A DNA stretch of 46,452 bases from Acidobacteria bacterium AH-259-O06 (GCA_027717865.1 JALLOM010000002.1:1-46452); one strand, 5' to 3'; shown: positions 25,630-35,868, numbered from the stretch's first letter. The notes: generated by a model from the letters alone, not told the origin. Program-made: numbers and translations.

Positions 25630-25668
25630 CTTTTTGACAGCGCGATTGCGGAAATTAAGCGTCAAGCA
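25630..25668. repeat. Right copy of the 39-bp perfect direct repeat (putative attR core)
   Basis: Identical to 3393-3431. In the gene frame it reads LFDSAIAEIKRQADN*, an orphan copy of the hydrolase gene 3' end. Confidence 0.85.
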
Positions 25669-25892
25669 GACAACTAACTCCTGATTCAGCCGAAAGATGT
25701 GATTGTGGTTATGATTTTGAAAAAGGAACCGTTGAGTACTCGTACCACAAGCGGGAGCTTCCGAATGAACTAAATGTCCATTGCCTGTGTGGGACACCTC
25801 TGGGCCAGCCTGGAATATGGCCTTCCATTCACCAATGGCCTACCATTCCGCGGAGGGAGAAGGGCGCTTCGCTTCCAAGAAGGACACACCAA

Positions 25893-27938
25893 TCAATCGT
25901 TGTATGTCTTCAAGTATTTCGCGCCGGGCTGGAGTTTCTTGATCACAATCCAGTAGATGGTGTACGGCCGGTCGTAGATTTGGTAAAAGGGGACCAAGGT
26001 GACGTCTTCCGGTCTGCCCACGTTCTGGGTGCGAAACGTCAGCGGCTGGTCCTCGACCGGAACAATCCACTCGTTTGGATCCCCTTCGTCCACGAACAGA
26101 TCCGGCACTTCGGCCAGAAGATCCTCAGGCCTGGCATCCCGGTTCCCGAAGATCACATCCTGGCTGAGTTTGTCCTCAGCGAGCCGGCCAGCCAAAACCA
26201 GAGGACCGTACATGATGGCGGCCAGGTTCAACTCGTACCTGTGACCCCTCTCGGCGTGATACAGGACATTGTAGTTCTTTCGAGGATTGAGATTCTGCAT
26301 CGAGGCCAGATTGTCCGCATCCGGTAGTGGGGCCATGTGAAAGGTCATCGGCAGGGTCACTTCCACCTGATCGTTGTTGCTCCAGATTCTCTCCAGCCTC
26401 AGATAGGACTGGGGCTGGGCATCGACCTCCTGTTCCACCCCGTTAATCTTCAGCGTCACTCCCTTGGTTGCCCAGTAAGGAACCCGTATTCGCAGAACCA
26501 TCTGTTGAGACTCTGGGGTGCTCAAAGTGAGTATCGTTTTTCCTTCGCGAGGAAAAGGAGTTTCTTGACGAAGCGTGATTTCTCTTTCCTGCCAGCTCAG
26601 TTCAGAGGGAATAAAAAGATTGACGTAAATACCCTGATCATCATGAAAATAGATGCTGTCCCCATACTCTGCATGATTTTCAATTCCTGTTCCCGTGCAG
26701 CACCAGAAAGCATCCCGGGGGGTGTTGAAGACCTTCCAATGCCCCGGCTTGAGTGAGCAGAAGTAAAGCATCATCCCGTTTTCAGGATTTTGTGAAGCCA
26801 GAATAGCGTTGAACAACGCCCGCTCGTAATAGTCCGCGTAGCGGGCCTTCGGATTCCAGGTGAAAAGATGCTTCGTCAACTTGAGAAGGTTGTAGGAGCA
26901 GCAGGTCTCCGCTGTAGAAGCTCCGATTTCACTGGCCAGTTGATCCGGCCCGGTCCTCCAGTGCTCGTAACTGCTCGTCCCTCCCGTAGCAAAAGTGCGA
27001 TGCTGGGTGATCGTTTCCCACGCAAAAGACGCGATGCGTTCATAGTAAGGATCTCCTGTAACCTCATACTCTTTAGCGGCTCCCACGAATTTTGGGATTT
27101 GTGTATTGGCATGGAGCCCTTTCAGCTCATCCCTGCCATCGGCAAGCGGCTTAAAGATCCGCTGATGGTCAAATCGCTTCGCCATTAACAGATGGTCCGG
27201 ATCTTTCGTGACCTCATAGAGCCGGGCAAAGATGTCATTCATTCCTCCGAATTCGGTTTCCAGAATGTCCTGCATGTGCACTTCTGCCAGGGGATCGGTT
27301 CGATTCTTGGCCCACCGGGCCATGTTCTTCAGGATCTCCAGAGCCTGTTCGTTGTCCGAATGCAGATACACATCCAGCAGACCTGCCATAACCTTGTGAA
27401 GCGTATACCAGGGGGCCCAGACGGCTTCTCGGGCTTCCAGACGGTCAAAGAACTCTTCCGGAAAGGCACTCAGATAGCCATTCCCATGAGCCTGCTGGCA
27501 CTTGGCCAGTTCCCGCATGAGAAGATCGAGCTGGACCTTCAACGGCTCATCCCCGCTGCTGGCAAACATTTTCGCCGCTGCGGAAAGGTAATGACCTACA
27601 AAGTGACCTCTCAGCTCTCGGGCTTCCCACCCACCCAAAGGCCTGGCCGTGGAGGGAAAACCGGCCGTCTTGCGGAACATGTGGAGAAGTTCGTCCGCAT
27701 CAAAGGTGTGGAGATACTGCCGGTCCAGTTCCATGGCGTCCCTGAAAGGGCTGTCCAGAAGCCGCACCTGTTTCAGATCAAAGGCGTGCACGGCGGGCTC
27801 CACCGCAGTAATTCCCAAAGACATCTCACGGTCAGCCGCAAGGTCCTCCGAACCTTGGGAGCATCCCACCAGAAACAGGGTTCCCACAAAAAACATTCCG
27901 GCATAGAATTTTTCCCCCATAAATAATTTACCCGACAT
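25893..27938 (-). CDS. DUF1680/GH127-like glycoside hydrolase lipoprotein
   Basis: 681 aa with a lipobox LFLVGCS and the motif HFVGHYLSAAAKMF, typical of the beta-L-arabinofuranosidase-like family. Confidence 0.75.
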   Translation of the reverse strand: MSGKLFMGEKFYAGMFFVGTLFLVGCSQGSEDLAADREMSLGITAVEPAVHAFDLKQVRLLDSPFRDAMELDRQYLHTFDADELLHMFRKTAGFPSTARPLGGWEARELRGHFVGHYLSAAAKMFASSGDEPLKVQLDLLMRELAKCQQAHGNGYLSAFPEEFFDRLEAREAVWAPWYTLHKVMAGLLDVYLHSDNEQALEILKNMARWAKNRTDPLAEVHMQDILETEFGGMNDIFARLYEVTKDPDHLLMAKRFDHQRIFKPLADGRDELKGLHANTQIPKFVGAAKEYEVTGDPYYERIASFAWETITQHRTFATGGTSSYEHWRTGPDQLASEIGASTAETCCSYNLLKLTKHLFTWNPKARYADYYERALFNAILASQNPENGMMLYFCSLKPGHWKVFNTPRDAFWCCTGTGIENHAEYGDSIYFHDDQGIYVNLFIPSELSWQEREITLRQETPFPREGKTILTLSTPESQQMVLRIRVPYWATKGVTLKINGVEQEVDAQPQSYLRLERIWSNNDQVEVTLPMTFHMAPLPDADNLASMQNLNPRKNYNVLYHAERGHRYELNLAAIMYGPLVLAGRLAEDKLSQDVIFGNRDARPEDLLAEVPDLFVDEGDPNEWIVPVEDQPLTFRTQNVGRPEDVTLVPFYQIYDRPYTIYWIVIKKLQPGAKYLKTYND

Positions 27939-27975
27939 TCCTCATATTAACTTCGACGGAATACCCATGGTACAG

Positions 27976-30237
27976 TTACTCAAACTCGATGGAAACAGCC
28001 TGTCCGCGAAACTCGATCAAGCGGCTCTCGCCGGTGGTTACAAGGCGGACGCGAATTTGCCGGGAGGGCTGCAATAAGCGGGACCCTGGAGCGAGTCTCA
28101 ACTCGAGCCGCTTTTCCTCGTCCCTCCAGTCACACTGCAGTCTCATGAACTCTCCCTCGCGGAAGTCGAATGTCATGCCATCATCCTCGTATACACTTGC
28201 CGTGCCGTCACTGCCCGGGTACACCGAGAGAGTAATCGGTCCGTTCACCTCTTCCGCAGTGTATTGCTTCACGGGACCCGTCGGAATGATGGCACCACTT
28301 CTGACATAGAGCGGCGTCGTTTCAAGATCCACGTCACGTGTCACTTCCCTTCCGCCCTGCAGTTTTTCCCTCGTCCAAAAATCATACCAATGTCCCTCCG
28401 GGAGATAGACTTCTCGAGATGTGGCGCCTTTTTCGAAGACGGGAGCGACGAGGATATCCCGCCCCCACAGATACTCGTCGTCACGGAGAACCCCACGGGG
28501 GTCGTCCGAGTAATGGAGCCAAAGAGGCCGCATGAGCGGCATGCCGGTGTCCGTCGCTTCACGGGCGGCTGAATAGATGTATGGCAGCATGCGGTAACGG
28601 AGTTCAAGATACTTCCTGCAGATGGGCTCTACCGTAGGGTTGCTGAGTTGACTCACCTGTATGGGCGTTTTACCCTCCGGGCTGCGCTGTTCCATTTCAT
28701 CCGGACCCAACACGCCCGTATTCCAACCCCACGGAAGATGCGTGTACCAGGTTCTGCCATGTGCTCGGAACAGCGGGCTGAAGGACATGAACTGAAACCA
28801 TCGGAGGTAAAGCTCAGCGGTGTACTCTTTGGTGGGGTAAAAGCCCCCGATGTCAGTGCCCCAATAGGGGACTCCGCTCAAACCGGTATTGAGGGCGATG
28901 GGCAACTGATTTCTCAAAGTTTGCCATGTTGACTCGTGGTCTCCTGACCAGGTCCAGCCTCCATGGCGCTGCATGCCGGCATAGCCCGTGCGATGCAACG
29001 CGTAGGGCCGCTGGTTGGGGCGCTCCACTTGTGGCCCCTCCCAGTACATCTGAATCCGCGCCAGCCGTGACTGGACCGGGAGGTTTTCGCCAGCATCGGG
29101 CCACCACCCATCGATACCCAGTGGATAAAAGGGACGATGCCGACTCCAATAATGCCGCACCGCGTGGTCATCTGGCTTCCCGCTCTGATCGTGCACGGAG
29201 CCATACAGGCGGCGGGGGGGAAAGGTTGCGTGAAGAACGACGCGGAAGTTCAGCTGCTTGAGTGTTTGGATCTGTTCCTTCGGATTCGAGAAAACGTGAG
29301 GGTTGAATTCGAGGGAGTCGTGTCCCAAGTTCCAGCCCGAGGGACACCAGCCTGTACCAAGGTAAATCAAAGCGTCACATGGCAGCTTCTTTTCACGAAA
29401 ACTCTCTGCCACCCACAGGACTTCCGCAAAGTCTTTGAGTGTGCGATGAGACTGCTGATATCCCAAAGCCCAAAGCGGGGGCATGCTCGGGTGACCGGTG
29501 AGATCGGCATATTCGCTCATGAGTTCTGTCGGCTGTCCAAGCACGATAAAGAAATCGAGCGGTAACAAGTCGGCCTCGGGCTGCGGCGTGAACTTTCCGC
29601 TTTCCCGGGAAAGATCAATCCTTCCCTCAGGCCGATGAAAGAAGAGGCCCCAGCCGGCAGCGCTGACCAGCCAGGGAATGGGCATACGTCCCGCAAAGGT
29701 CCTGAGCTGGTAGGCGCCGTGGCGATTGACCATGGGGTAGGCATGGCCCCGGCGGTTGAACTGCGGCCCGCCCATCCCCAGGCCGAAAACGGGATGCTCG
29801 CCAAGCGCAAATGACAGCGAGCCACTCTGCGCATCGATTCGGATCTCCTGCCGCAATTCTCCCTGTGAATCCTCGACACGGAGAGCCAACGGTGCGGTTG
29901 TCACCCGAACAGAGTTGCCGCCCATGCGAAACACATCTGAGTACCCTTCCAGTGCCGAGCGCGAAACATAGCTTGGGTCCGGCCAATTCCGATCCACCAA
30001 AACCGGCTCACTCGGCACAGGCTGGGCAGTCAGGCTGCTGTCCAGGGGGGTGAAGCTGACGCGGAGCGTTTTCTCATTCACTTTCGTGAGGCTAAGCTCA
30101 ACCGGAGTTCCCCCTATCTCGAGTGGCGGCATCTTGGCCACCGATTGGGCGAAACTGCACATCACGGCAAAGGCGGCTCCACAGATGAACTTCAGTCCGA
30201 AAAAAACAGCATCTTCCGCTTTTCGAATCAACATCAT
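27976..30237 (-). CDS. Glycoside hydrolase family 31 (alpha-glucosidase/alpha-xylosidase-like)
   Basis: Motifs are IDGWWPDAGE and WSGDHESTWQTL..GVPYWGTDIGGF. An ATG at 30237 in front of the signal-like MMLIRKAEDAVFFGLKFICGAAFAV is preferred over the track start at 30309. Confidence 0.82.
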   Translation of the reverse strand: MMLIRKAEDAVFFGLKFICGAAFAVMCSFAQSVAKMPPLEIGGTPVELSLTKVNEKTLRVSFTPLDSSLTAQPVPSEPVLVDRNWPDPSYVSRSALEGYSDVFRMGGNSVRVTTAPLALRVEDSQGELRQEIRIDAQSGSLSFALGEHPVFGLGMGGPQFNRRGHAYPMVNRHGAYQLRTFAGRMPIPWLVSAAGWGLFFHRPEGRIDLSRESGKFTPQPEADLLPLDFFIVLGQPTELMSEYADLTGHPSMPPLWALGYQQSHRTLKDFAEVLWVAESFREKKLPCDALIYLGTGWCPSGWNLGHDSLEFNPHVFSNPKEQIQTLKQLNFRVVLHATFPPRRLYGSVHDQSGKPDDHAVRHYWSRHRPFYPLGIDGWWPDAGENLPVQSRLARIQMYWEGPQVERPNQRPYALHRTGYAGMQRHGGWTWSGDHESTWQTLRNQLPIALNTGLSGVPYWGTDIGGFYPTKEYTAELYLRWFQFMSFSPLFRAHGRTWYTHLPWGWNTGVLGPDEMEQRSPEGKTPIQVSQLSNPTVEPICRKYLELRYRMLPYIYSAAREATDTGMPLMRPLWLHYSDDPRGVLRDDEYLWGRDILVAPVFEKGATSREVYLPEGHWYDFWTREKLQGGREVTRDVDLETTPLYVRSGAIIPTGPVKQYTAEEVNGPITLSVYPGSDGTASVYEDDGMTFDFREGEFMRLQCDWRDEEKRLELRLAPGSRLLQPSRQIRVRLVTTGESRLIEFRGQAVSIEFE

Positions 30238-30461
30238 TCCGCACCTCCATCTGTTACGCTTCCTGGAAAGCAAGGAAAGACTTCCCTGCAACCTCCAAGA
30301 GATTGGCAAAAGGGTAGAGCCTGAGGTGAACTTCTTTCTAAGGTACGGAAATTGGGTAGCATTTCATCGAAGTCCCTCCCTCTGTAAAAAATTACCCAAT
30401 TATAATCTGTTCACCAGCGAAATCGGAATGCTCTTTTTTAGATTACCACTCCGGATGCGCC

Positions 30462-30595
30462 GGCTGTGGAGGGTTAGAAGGCAATGTCAACGGATGGCCG
30501 TATATGGGAAACCAATTAATAGATGGGTCCATTTAACCTACCATACGTAGGCAGATTCACTCCCCCGTCGGCACCAGCCGCTTGTATTTTGAATT
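30462..30595 (+). repeat. Copy a (shortest) of a dispersed intergenic repeat carrying a decayed '..KRLVPTGE*' gene tail on the reverse strand
   Basis: Aligns by eye with 33027-33223 and 35904-36106, e.g. gaaggcaat.., atgg(a/c)cccatct.. and tcactccccc.tcggcaccag.cgcttg. Confidence 0.55.
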
Positions 30596-30773
30596 ACTGA
30601 AAAATCAGCGCTACCTCGATGTTGTCAATCTAAGCTGCAGCCGCGTGACGGATGTCTCAATTCATGAGGACGAGGCATTTCAGGCCATTGCATCTCGCGC
30701 AGATCCTCCCTTTGGGTTAGGATGTTAATTCGTCCGGCCGGAACAGTAAACGGCACGTGATCTGCGAGCAAAT

Positions 30774-32858
30774 ATGCCCTTCGCATCGGAACAATTGAAG
30801 ACCCTCATCCTGAGCTGGCTGCCACTGGCCATTGGCCTTGCTTTCACCACATACCCGGCTTTGTCTCAATCAACCCCTTCTGAGGAGTCGGTCCAGCTCC
30901 GGGGAGTACCTCTTGGCCAAGTTGTCGTCCAGGATCAATTCTGGAGTCCCCGCGTGGAGACCAACCGGAGACGTAGTCTGGAACATCAGTACCAGCAGTG
31001 TGTCGACACGGGTCGGATCGCCAATTTCGAGGTTGCTGCCGGGTTAAAGGATGGTCAGTTCCAGGGACGCTTTTACAATGATTCGGACGTGTATAAGTGG
31101 ATTGAAGGTGCTTCCTATTCACTGACCACCCATCCGGATCGGGAACTGGAGAAGAAGTTGGACGAGGTCATTGCCAAGATCGCTGCCGCCCAGGAAGAGT
31201 CCGGTTATCTCAACACTTTCTTTCAGCTGGTGGACCCTTCCGCCAAGTGGACCAGTCTGGGGCGCCTGCACGAACTCTACTGTGCTGGACATCTCATCGA
31301 AGCCGCCGTGGCGCATCATGAAGCCACGGGGAAGCGCTCCTTGCTGGACGTGGCCATCAGATTTGCCGATCACATTGACTCCATCTTCGGAGCAGGCAAG
31401 CGGGACGGCACCGGGGGCCACGAGGAGATCGAGCTGGCTCTGATCAAGCTGTTCCGGGTGACGGGTGAGGAAAAATATCTGCGCCTGGCCGGGTTTTTCC
31501 TGGACCAGCGCGGTCAATCGCCCTCCTTTTTCCAGCGGGAATATGAGCGGTTGAAGGTACGTCCCTCCAAACCTTTTTCGTTCAAGGGAGAGATCCTCAA
31601 TTCCCGCATCATCACCGAACAGCGATTCATGCAAGACAGTAAGTTTGACACGCGCTACACACAGGATCATCTGCCAGTTCGTGAGCAGAGCACGGTGGAA
31701 GGGCACGCCGTCAGGGCCATGTATCTCTTTTCCGGCATGGCGGACGTGGCCTATGAGACGGGCGACACCGGTCTTCTGGCGGCGCTGCGCCGCCTGCACC
31801 ACAACGTCACCCAGCGCCGCATGTATGTGACGGGCGGCATCGGGCCGTCCAAGAACAATGAGGGGTTCACCGGGGATTATGATCTTCCCAACGATACCGC
31901 CTATCAGGAGACCTGCGCCTCGGTGGGAATGATCTTCTGGAATTACCGAATGCTCAACATGACCGGAGACGACCGCTACGCAGACGTCATGGAGAGAGCA
32001 CTCTACAACGGCATGCTGGCGGGAATATCCCTGTCCGGGGACCGCTTCTTCTATATCAACCCGCTTTACAGTTCCGGAAAGGAAGATGCCAGGGTGAGCC
32101 GGGGGCGGTTTTCCCTCAGGCGCCAGGCATGGTTTGACACGGCCTGCTGTCCCACCAACCTGGCCCGATTGTTTCCCTCCCTGGGGAAATACATTTACAG
32201 CCGGTCCGAAGACAACTTGTGGGTCAACCTTTACATTGGCAGTCGCCTCACCACCGAAGTGGCTGGCCAAACAGTCCTGTTGGAGCAGCAGAGCCGTTAT
32301 CCCTGGGACGGCAGGATGATGTTTCGGGTGAAGGGCCGCAGCCAGAGACGATTCTCTCTGAATCTGCGCATACCGGGCTGGGCACGAACTTGGGCCATCC
32401 GGGTCAATGAAGCAACGGTCTCTCCGCCGATGCTAAAAGGATATGCCCGGCTACAGAGGGCCTGGAAGGATGGGGATACGGTCGAGCTGACATTGCCCAT
32501 GCCGGTTGAGCGTGTGGTGGCACACCCCCTGGTGGTGCAAAATCGAGGCAAGGTGGTGTTGCGCCGGGGACCGCTGGTGTATTGTCTGGAGCAAAGGGAC
32601 CATGAAGTGGATCTTGATGAAATTGTCCTGCCGCTCTCGACGCGGCTGGAGACTCATTTCGAGCCCGGGCTGCTCGGGGGAGTCTCCGTGATCAGCGGAT
32701 CTGCCCGTACTCGGGGACAGAGCCAAGGACAGGATCAGCTGTATCGACCGTTGTCGGACGAGACCCCGAAAGAAATCAGGATCAAAGCCATTCCCTACTA
32801 TGCCTGGGCCAACCGGCAGCAGGGTAAAATGACCGTCTGGGTCGATTCCAGCCCCTGA
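30774..32858 (+). CDS. Glycoside hydrolase family 127 (beta-L-arabinofuranosidase-like)
   Basis: 694 aa with a signal peptide. Motifs are YCAGHLIEAAVAHHEATG, GHEEIELALIKLFRVTGEEKYL and CCPTNLARL. Confidence 0.88.
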   Translation: MPFASEQLKTLILSWLPLAIGLAFTTYPALSQSTPSEESVQLRGVPLGQVVVQDQFWSPRVETNRRRSLEHQYQQCVDTGRIANFEVAAGLKDGQFQGRFYNDSDVYKWIEGASYSLTTHPDRELEKKLDEVIAKIAAAQEESGYLNTFFQLVDPSAKWTSLGRLHELYCAGHLIEAAVAHHEATGKRSLLDVAIRFADHIDSIFGAGKRDGTGGHEEIELALIKLFRVTGEEKYLRLAGFFLDQRGQSPSFFQREYERLKVRPSKPFSFKGEILNSRIITEQRFMQDSKFDTRYTQDHLPVREQSTVEGHAVRAMYLFSGMADVAYETGDTGLLAALRRLHHNVTQRRMYVTGGIGPSKNNEGFTGDYDLPNDTAYQETCASVGMIFWNYRMLNMTGDDRYADVMERALYNGMLAGISLSGDRFFYINPLYSSGKEDARVSRGRFSLRRQAWFDTACCPTNLARLFPSLGKYIYSRSEDNLWVNLYIGSRLTTEVAGQTVLLEQQSRYPWDGRMMFRVKGRSQRRFSLNLRIPGWARTWAIRVNEATVSPPMLKGYARLQRAWKDGDTVELTLPMPVERVVAHPLVVQNRGKVVLRRGPLVYCLEQRDHEVDLDEIVLPLSTRLETHFEPGLLGGVSVISGSARTRGQSQGQDQLYRPLSDETPKEIRIKAIPYYAWANRQQGKMTVWVDSSP

Positions 32859-33026
32859 GATCCCGGATTTCAGGACTTGGATGTGTCGTAGGCAACAGCC
32901 AGAGCCGAAGGAGATTCAAGCATGATTTTGAGACGGGCAGAGATTCTGATGGGGTCGACGCTTCTCGGTCTTTCCGACCATGAAGTCGCCTTTCCTCGAT
33001 TGGGTAGAAGAAATTTCCCCTAAATG

Positions 33027-33223
33027 ATAAGCCTACAGGGAGTTGAAGGCAATCTTAAGTGGATTTATGTTAAATGGGACGAACAGATGGGGCCATTCTA
33101 CCCACAATATTCAGCCTGAAAGTAGCGGTCACTCCCCCCTTCGGCACCACGCGCTTGAGTTCTTGGAACCAGTTGAGGACGACGGTGATGGCTTGAGCGG
33201 CACCCGCCATCACTTTCAAAACC
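33027..33223 (+). repeat. Copy b of the dispersed intergenic repeat; reverse strand encodes MAGAAQAITVVLNWFQELKRVVPKGG..
   Basis: Shares its start (acagggagttgaaggcaat) and end (caaaacc) with copy c. It contains a gene-tail fragment with no upstream body. Confidence 0.6.
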
Positions 33224-33231
33224 GGAACGGG

Positions 33232-34494
33232 TCAGCTCTGGATCGACCAACGGGCTTGACGCAGAACGGCTCGCGGCAGGTTGTCCGTCATGTTGTACCA
33301 AGCTTCATCGCGGCCTCTGGTGTCGTAATGGGCTAAGTCACCGCGCGGGCTTCCCCTCAACTCGTACCACACCGTCAAAAGCGAGCCGTCGGCGAGCTCC
33401 ACCGTCGAGGGATAGCCCAGATCGCTCGAAGTCCCGTCCCCGGAAATGATCATGGCGTTGGACCACGTCCGGCCATGGTCTTTGCTCAAGCGTGCCTGGT
33501 TGCCAAGCGGCTGGCGGCGGTGCCCGTAGCTCATGAGCAGCCGCCCGTCGCGCAGCCGCAGCAGGTGAGAAGGAAAACCCCACACCCCGATCGGATGTGG
33601 CGTCGACCAAGTTCTGCCGGCATCGTGGGATTCACTCTGAAGCGTTTCCCGTTCATTGACTTTGTTGTGATTGCGGATCTGGGCAACGATGCTGTGGTCG
33701 GCGGCTTCTACGGCGTGCAACTCGTGATAGTTGTCTAGGCTGTCACCGGGGCGCGTCGGAATGTCCGCGAGCCAGCGCCAGCTCTGTCCATCATCCGTTG
33801 ACTCGCACACACCAATCTGTCCAGCCCTCTGACCGCTCCGACCGTACCAGAACATCTTGCCGGCGTACAGCAGACGGCCGTCGGAAAGCTGAATCGGCCC
33901 GTGGGGACTGTTCACTGGACAGCGATAGCGTGCCGACCACGACTGTCCCCCGTCGGTCGAGCGGATCATCCAACTGCCTAGCTCGATTTCCCGTTGTGCT
34001 GGGTCAAGCCGACGGTGCGCCGCCTGCCAACGGCGAAGCTTTTCCTCCGGCCAGGCCTTTTCTGTTCCCGGTTTCATCTCCGTCGCTTCTTTGAGTCTCG
34101 ATTCGTAGGCCACTGAAGTGAAAGTGGTCACCAACAGTGAGCCCCTACTCGTTTCCACCACACCGGTGTCGCGATCATCGATGGGGCCGTCGATCAACAC
34201 CCGTGGAAAGCTCCAAGTGCGGCCTTCGTCCTTCGAACGCATCAGCTCAACTCGCCCGAACGGACACACGTGGGCCTCTCGTCCCCCGGAGCACACCACC
34301 AGCAGCTCGCCGCTGCGCCGGCGCGCTACTGTCGGCCAGCCATGATACAGGGAAGGTTGCTGACTAATAACAGTTGTAGTTTCAATGGTGGCACGCGGGG
34401 CGGCATGGGCTCGCCGGTTCATGGTGAACACAAGCCCGGTTGCAGCAGCACAGCTCCTACTCAACATCCTCCGTCGACTGATTAAACCTGGCAT
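33232..34494 (-). CDS. BNR/Asp-box repeat sialidase-like protein with Tat signal
   Basis: Tat motif SRRRML. There are five SxDxGxxW boxes: SKDEGRTW, STDGGQSW, STDDGQSW, SHDAGRTW and SKDHGRTW. Confidence 0.82.
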   Translation of the reverse strand: MPGLISRRRMLSRSCAAATGLVFTMNRRAHAAPRATIETTTVISQQPSLYHGWPTVARRRSGELLVVCSGGREAHVCPFGRVELMRSKDEGRTWSFPRVLIDGPIDDRDTGVVETSRGSLLVTTFTSVAYESRLKEATEMKPGTEKAWPEEKLRRWQAAHRRLDPAQREIELGSWMIRSTDGGQSWSARYRCPVNSPHGPIQLSDGRLLYAGKMFWYGRSGQRAGQIGVCESTDDGQSWRWLADIPTRPGDSLDNYHELHAVEAADHSIVAQIRNHNKVNERETLQSESHDAGRTWSTPHPIGVWGFPSHLLRLRDGRLLMSYGHRRQPLGNQARLSKDHGRTWSNAMIISGDGTSSDLGYPSTVELADGSLLTVWYELRGSPRGDLAHYDTRGRDEAWYNMTDNLPRAVLRQARWSIQS

Positions 34495-34542
34495 CAACTT
34501 CTCCTCGGATCCAGCCCGAATCCACGACGATAACGCTATTAT

Positions 34543-35868
34543 CTATCGGCTCCGGCCCTTGGGCTCCAACTCAGCAATGTCGAAGCGGTAGAAGGTAATC
34601 TCGCCGTAACTGGGAGCTGCGCCCTTGGCTGTTTCTACCAACAGGCCGATTGTGCCGTCGGCCAGACGTTGTAGAACCGAGTAGGCGGCAAATCCGCTGT
34701 TGAATTGAACCGGATTGATGAAAGTCTTGCCTTCGTCGTAGCTGCTCCAGACCGTGATATTGTTGCGGTTGAGGCCGTTTTCACCGCGCGCCCCAGAGAA
34801 AAGGATCCGATCTTTTTCGTGCCTGGCGCGTTTGGCGGAGTAGCGGACCATCGAGCCATCTACTTGTGTAATGGGGATATCGTCCGGATTGTCGGGTCCC
34901 CACGTGACTCCACCATCTGTGCTGATATGGCGGCGGCGGAAATTGCCGTCATTTTGCCGCGCGTCCAGCAACACTCTGCCGTCGGTTAGCTCGACGACTT
35001 CATCCTCGTTGGCATCAGGTCCAGGTGTGACGTTGCCGACTTGCCAGGTGTTACCGTGGTCGTCGGAATAAAAGACAAACGTCTCGACAGTAGCTGGTCC
35101 TTCTGGCGTGCTGGAACCGCTCCGCTTGGCCGGAATGATGAGACGGCCGTTGCGCGACGCCTCTTCATCCTGCCATTGGAGTTGGATGCCGTTCCCCGGA
35201 CCGGGTTCGGCTTGCCGCCAATAGAGTCCATCGCTGGTTTCGTGCGGCTCGTCCGGATACACAACTTGTTTGCGATCCGACCATGTCTTGCCATTATCGG
35301 TACTGCAACGGACCCACACAACCTGGTTACCGTCATCGGGGTCGGCACTTTGGCCGTGTTTCACGGTACGCGGCCCAAGGTCCGGCCATTGCCCGTAGAA
35401 CAAGAAGACCGTCTTGGTCTCCGCATCGAGCACCGGCGTCGGGTCACCGAAGTCGACCAAATCACCGTTGGCACGGAATCCGGAATCGATCACGACCATC
35501 GGCTGCCAGGTTCGGCCGTTGTCGGTACTCCGCCGCATGACCAAATCGATGGGGGCGTTCTCATCGCGACGCGGGTCACTGCCGTCTCCGCGCCGCCCTT
35601 CGGCAAAGGCCAATACCGAACCGTCCTGCGCGACGATCATGCCCGGAATGCGAAATGTGTGGTAGCGGTCCTTCTGGGTGACATAGCTTCCCTTGGGGGA
35701 AACAAATGGTTCCGTAACCGAAATAACTTCGGCGGCTGCCTGGAAATGTGAGATCCACGTCGCCAGAAAGACCAGGGTCACGATACCAGGAACATGTGTA
35801 CTCGATCGCGTCCCACCCTCGCCGAGCTGGTCTATAATCTTGTCGTGCGAAATGATCAGGTCGACCAT
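34543..35868 (-). CDS. Exo-alpha-sialidase (GH33-like)
   Basis: FRIP motif (YHTFRIPGMIV) plus Asp-boxes STDNGRTW, STDNGKTW, SDDHGNTW and STDGGVTW. ATG 35868 is preferred over the TTG at 35889. Confidence 0.85.
   Translation of the reverse strand: MVDLIISHDKIIDQLGEGGTRSSTHVPGIVTLVFLATWISHFQAAAEVISVTEPFVSPKGSYVTQKDRYHTFRIPGMIVAQDGSVLAFAEGRRGDGSDPRRDENAPIDLVMRRSTDNGRTWQPMVVIDSGFRANGDLVDFGDPTPVLDAETKTVFLFYGQWPDLGPRTVKHGQSADPDDGNQVVWVRCSTDNGKTWSDRKQVVYPDEPHETSDGLYWRQAEPGPGNGIQLQWQDEEASRNGRLIIPAKRSGSSTPEGPATVETFVFYSDDHGNTWQVGNVTPGPDANEDEVVELTDGRVLLDARQNDGNFRRRHISTDGGVTWGPDNPDDIPITQVDGSMVRYSAKRARHEKDRILFSGARGENGLNRNNITVWSSYDEGKTFINPVQFNSGFAAYSVLQRLADGTIGLLVETAKGAAPSYGEITFYRFDIAELEPKGRSR

Larger units (their letters stand above)
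3393..25668. mobile_element. ~22-kb integrated genomic (defence) island bounded by direct repeats; no recombinase retained
   Basis: The direct repeats duplicate the 3' end of CDS 1770-3437. The cargo is regulatory and defence genes. It looks lower in GC than the flanks by eye, and a transposase fragment abuts the right repeat. Confidence 0.6.

Noticed and set aside
25692-25760. Zinc-ribbon-like peptide ..RCDCGYDFEKGTVEYSY.. just right of the att repeat
   Set aside because: There is no start codon or RBS, only one Cys pair, and the frame opens inside the repeat. It is probably chance or a tiny relic.
31119-32270. 383-aa ORF antisense to the GH127 gene
   Set aside because: It is fully nested in a much better motif-bearing ORF on the other strand. 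Its G/P/R/A-rich composition is typical of antisense frames in GC-rich DNA, and no motifs were seen.
35041-35751. 236-aa ORF antisense to the sialidase. The same applies to 27192-27926 and 2115-2876.
   Set aside because: They are antisense to genes with FRIP/Asp-box or other clear motifs, and their composition is R/P/G-rich.
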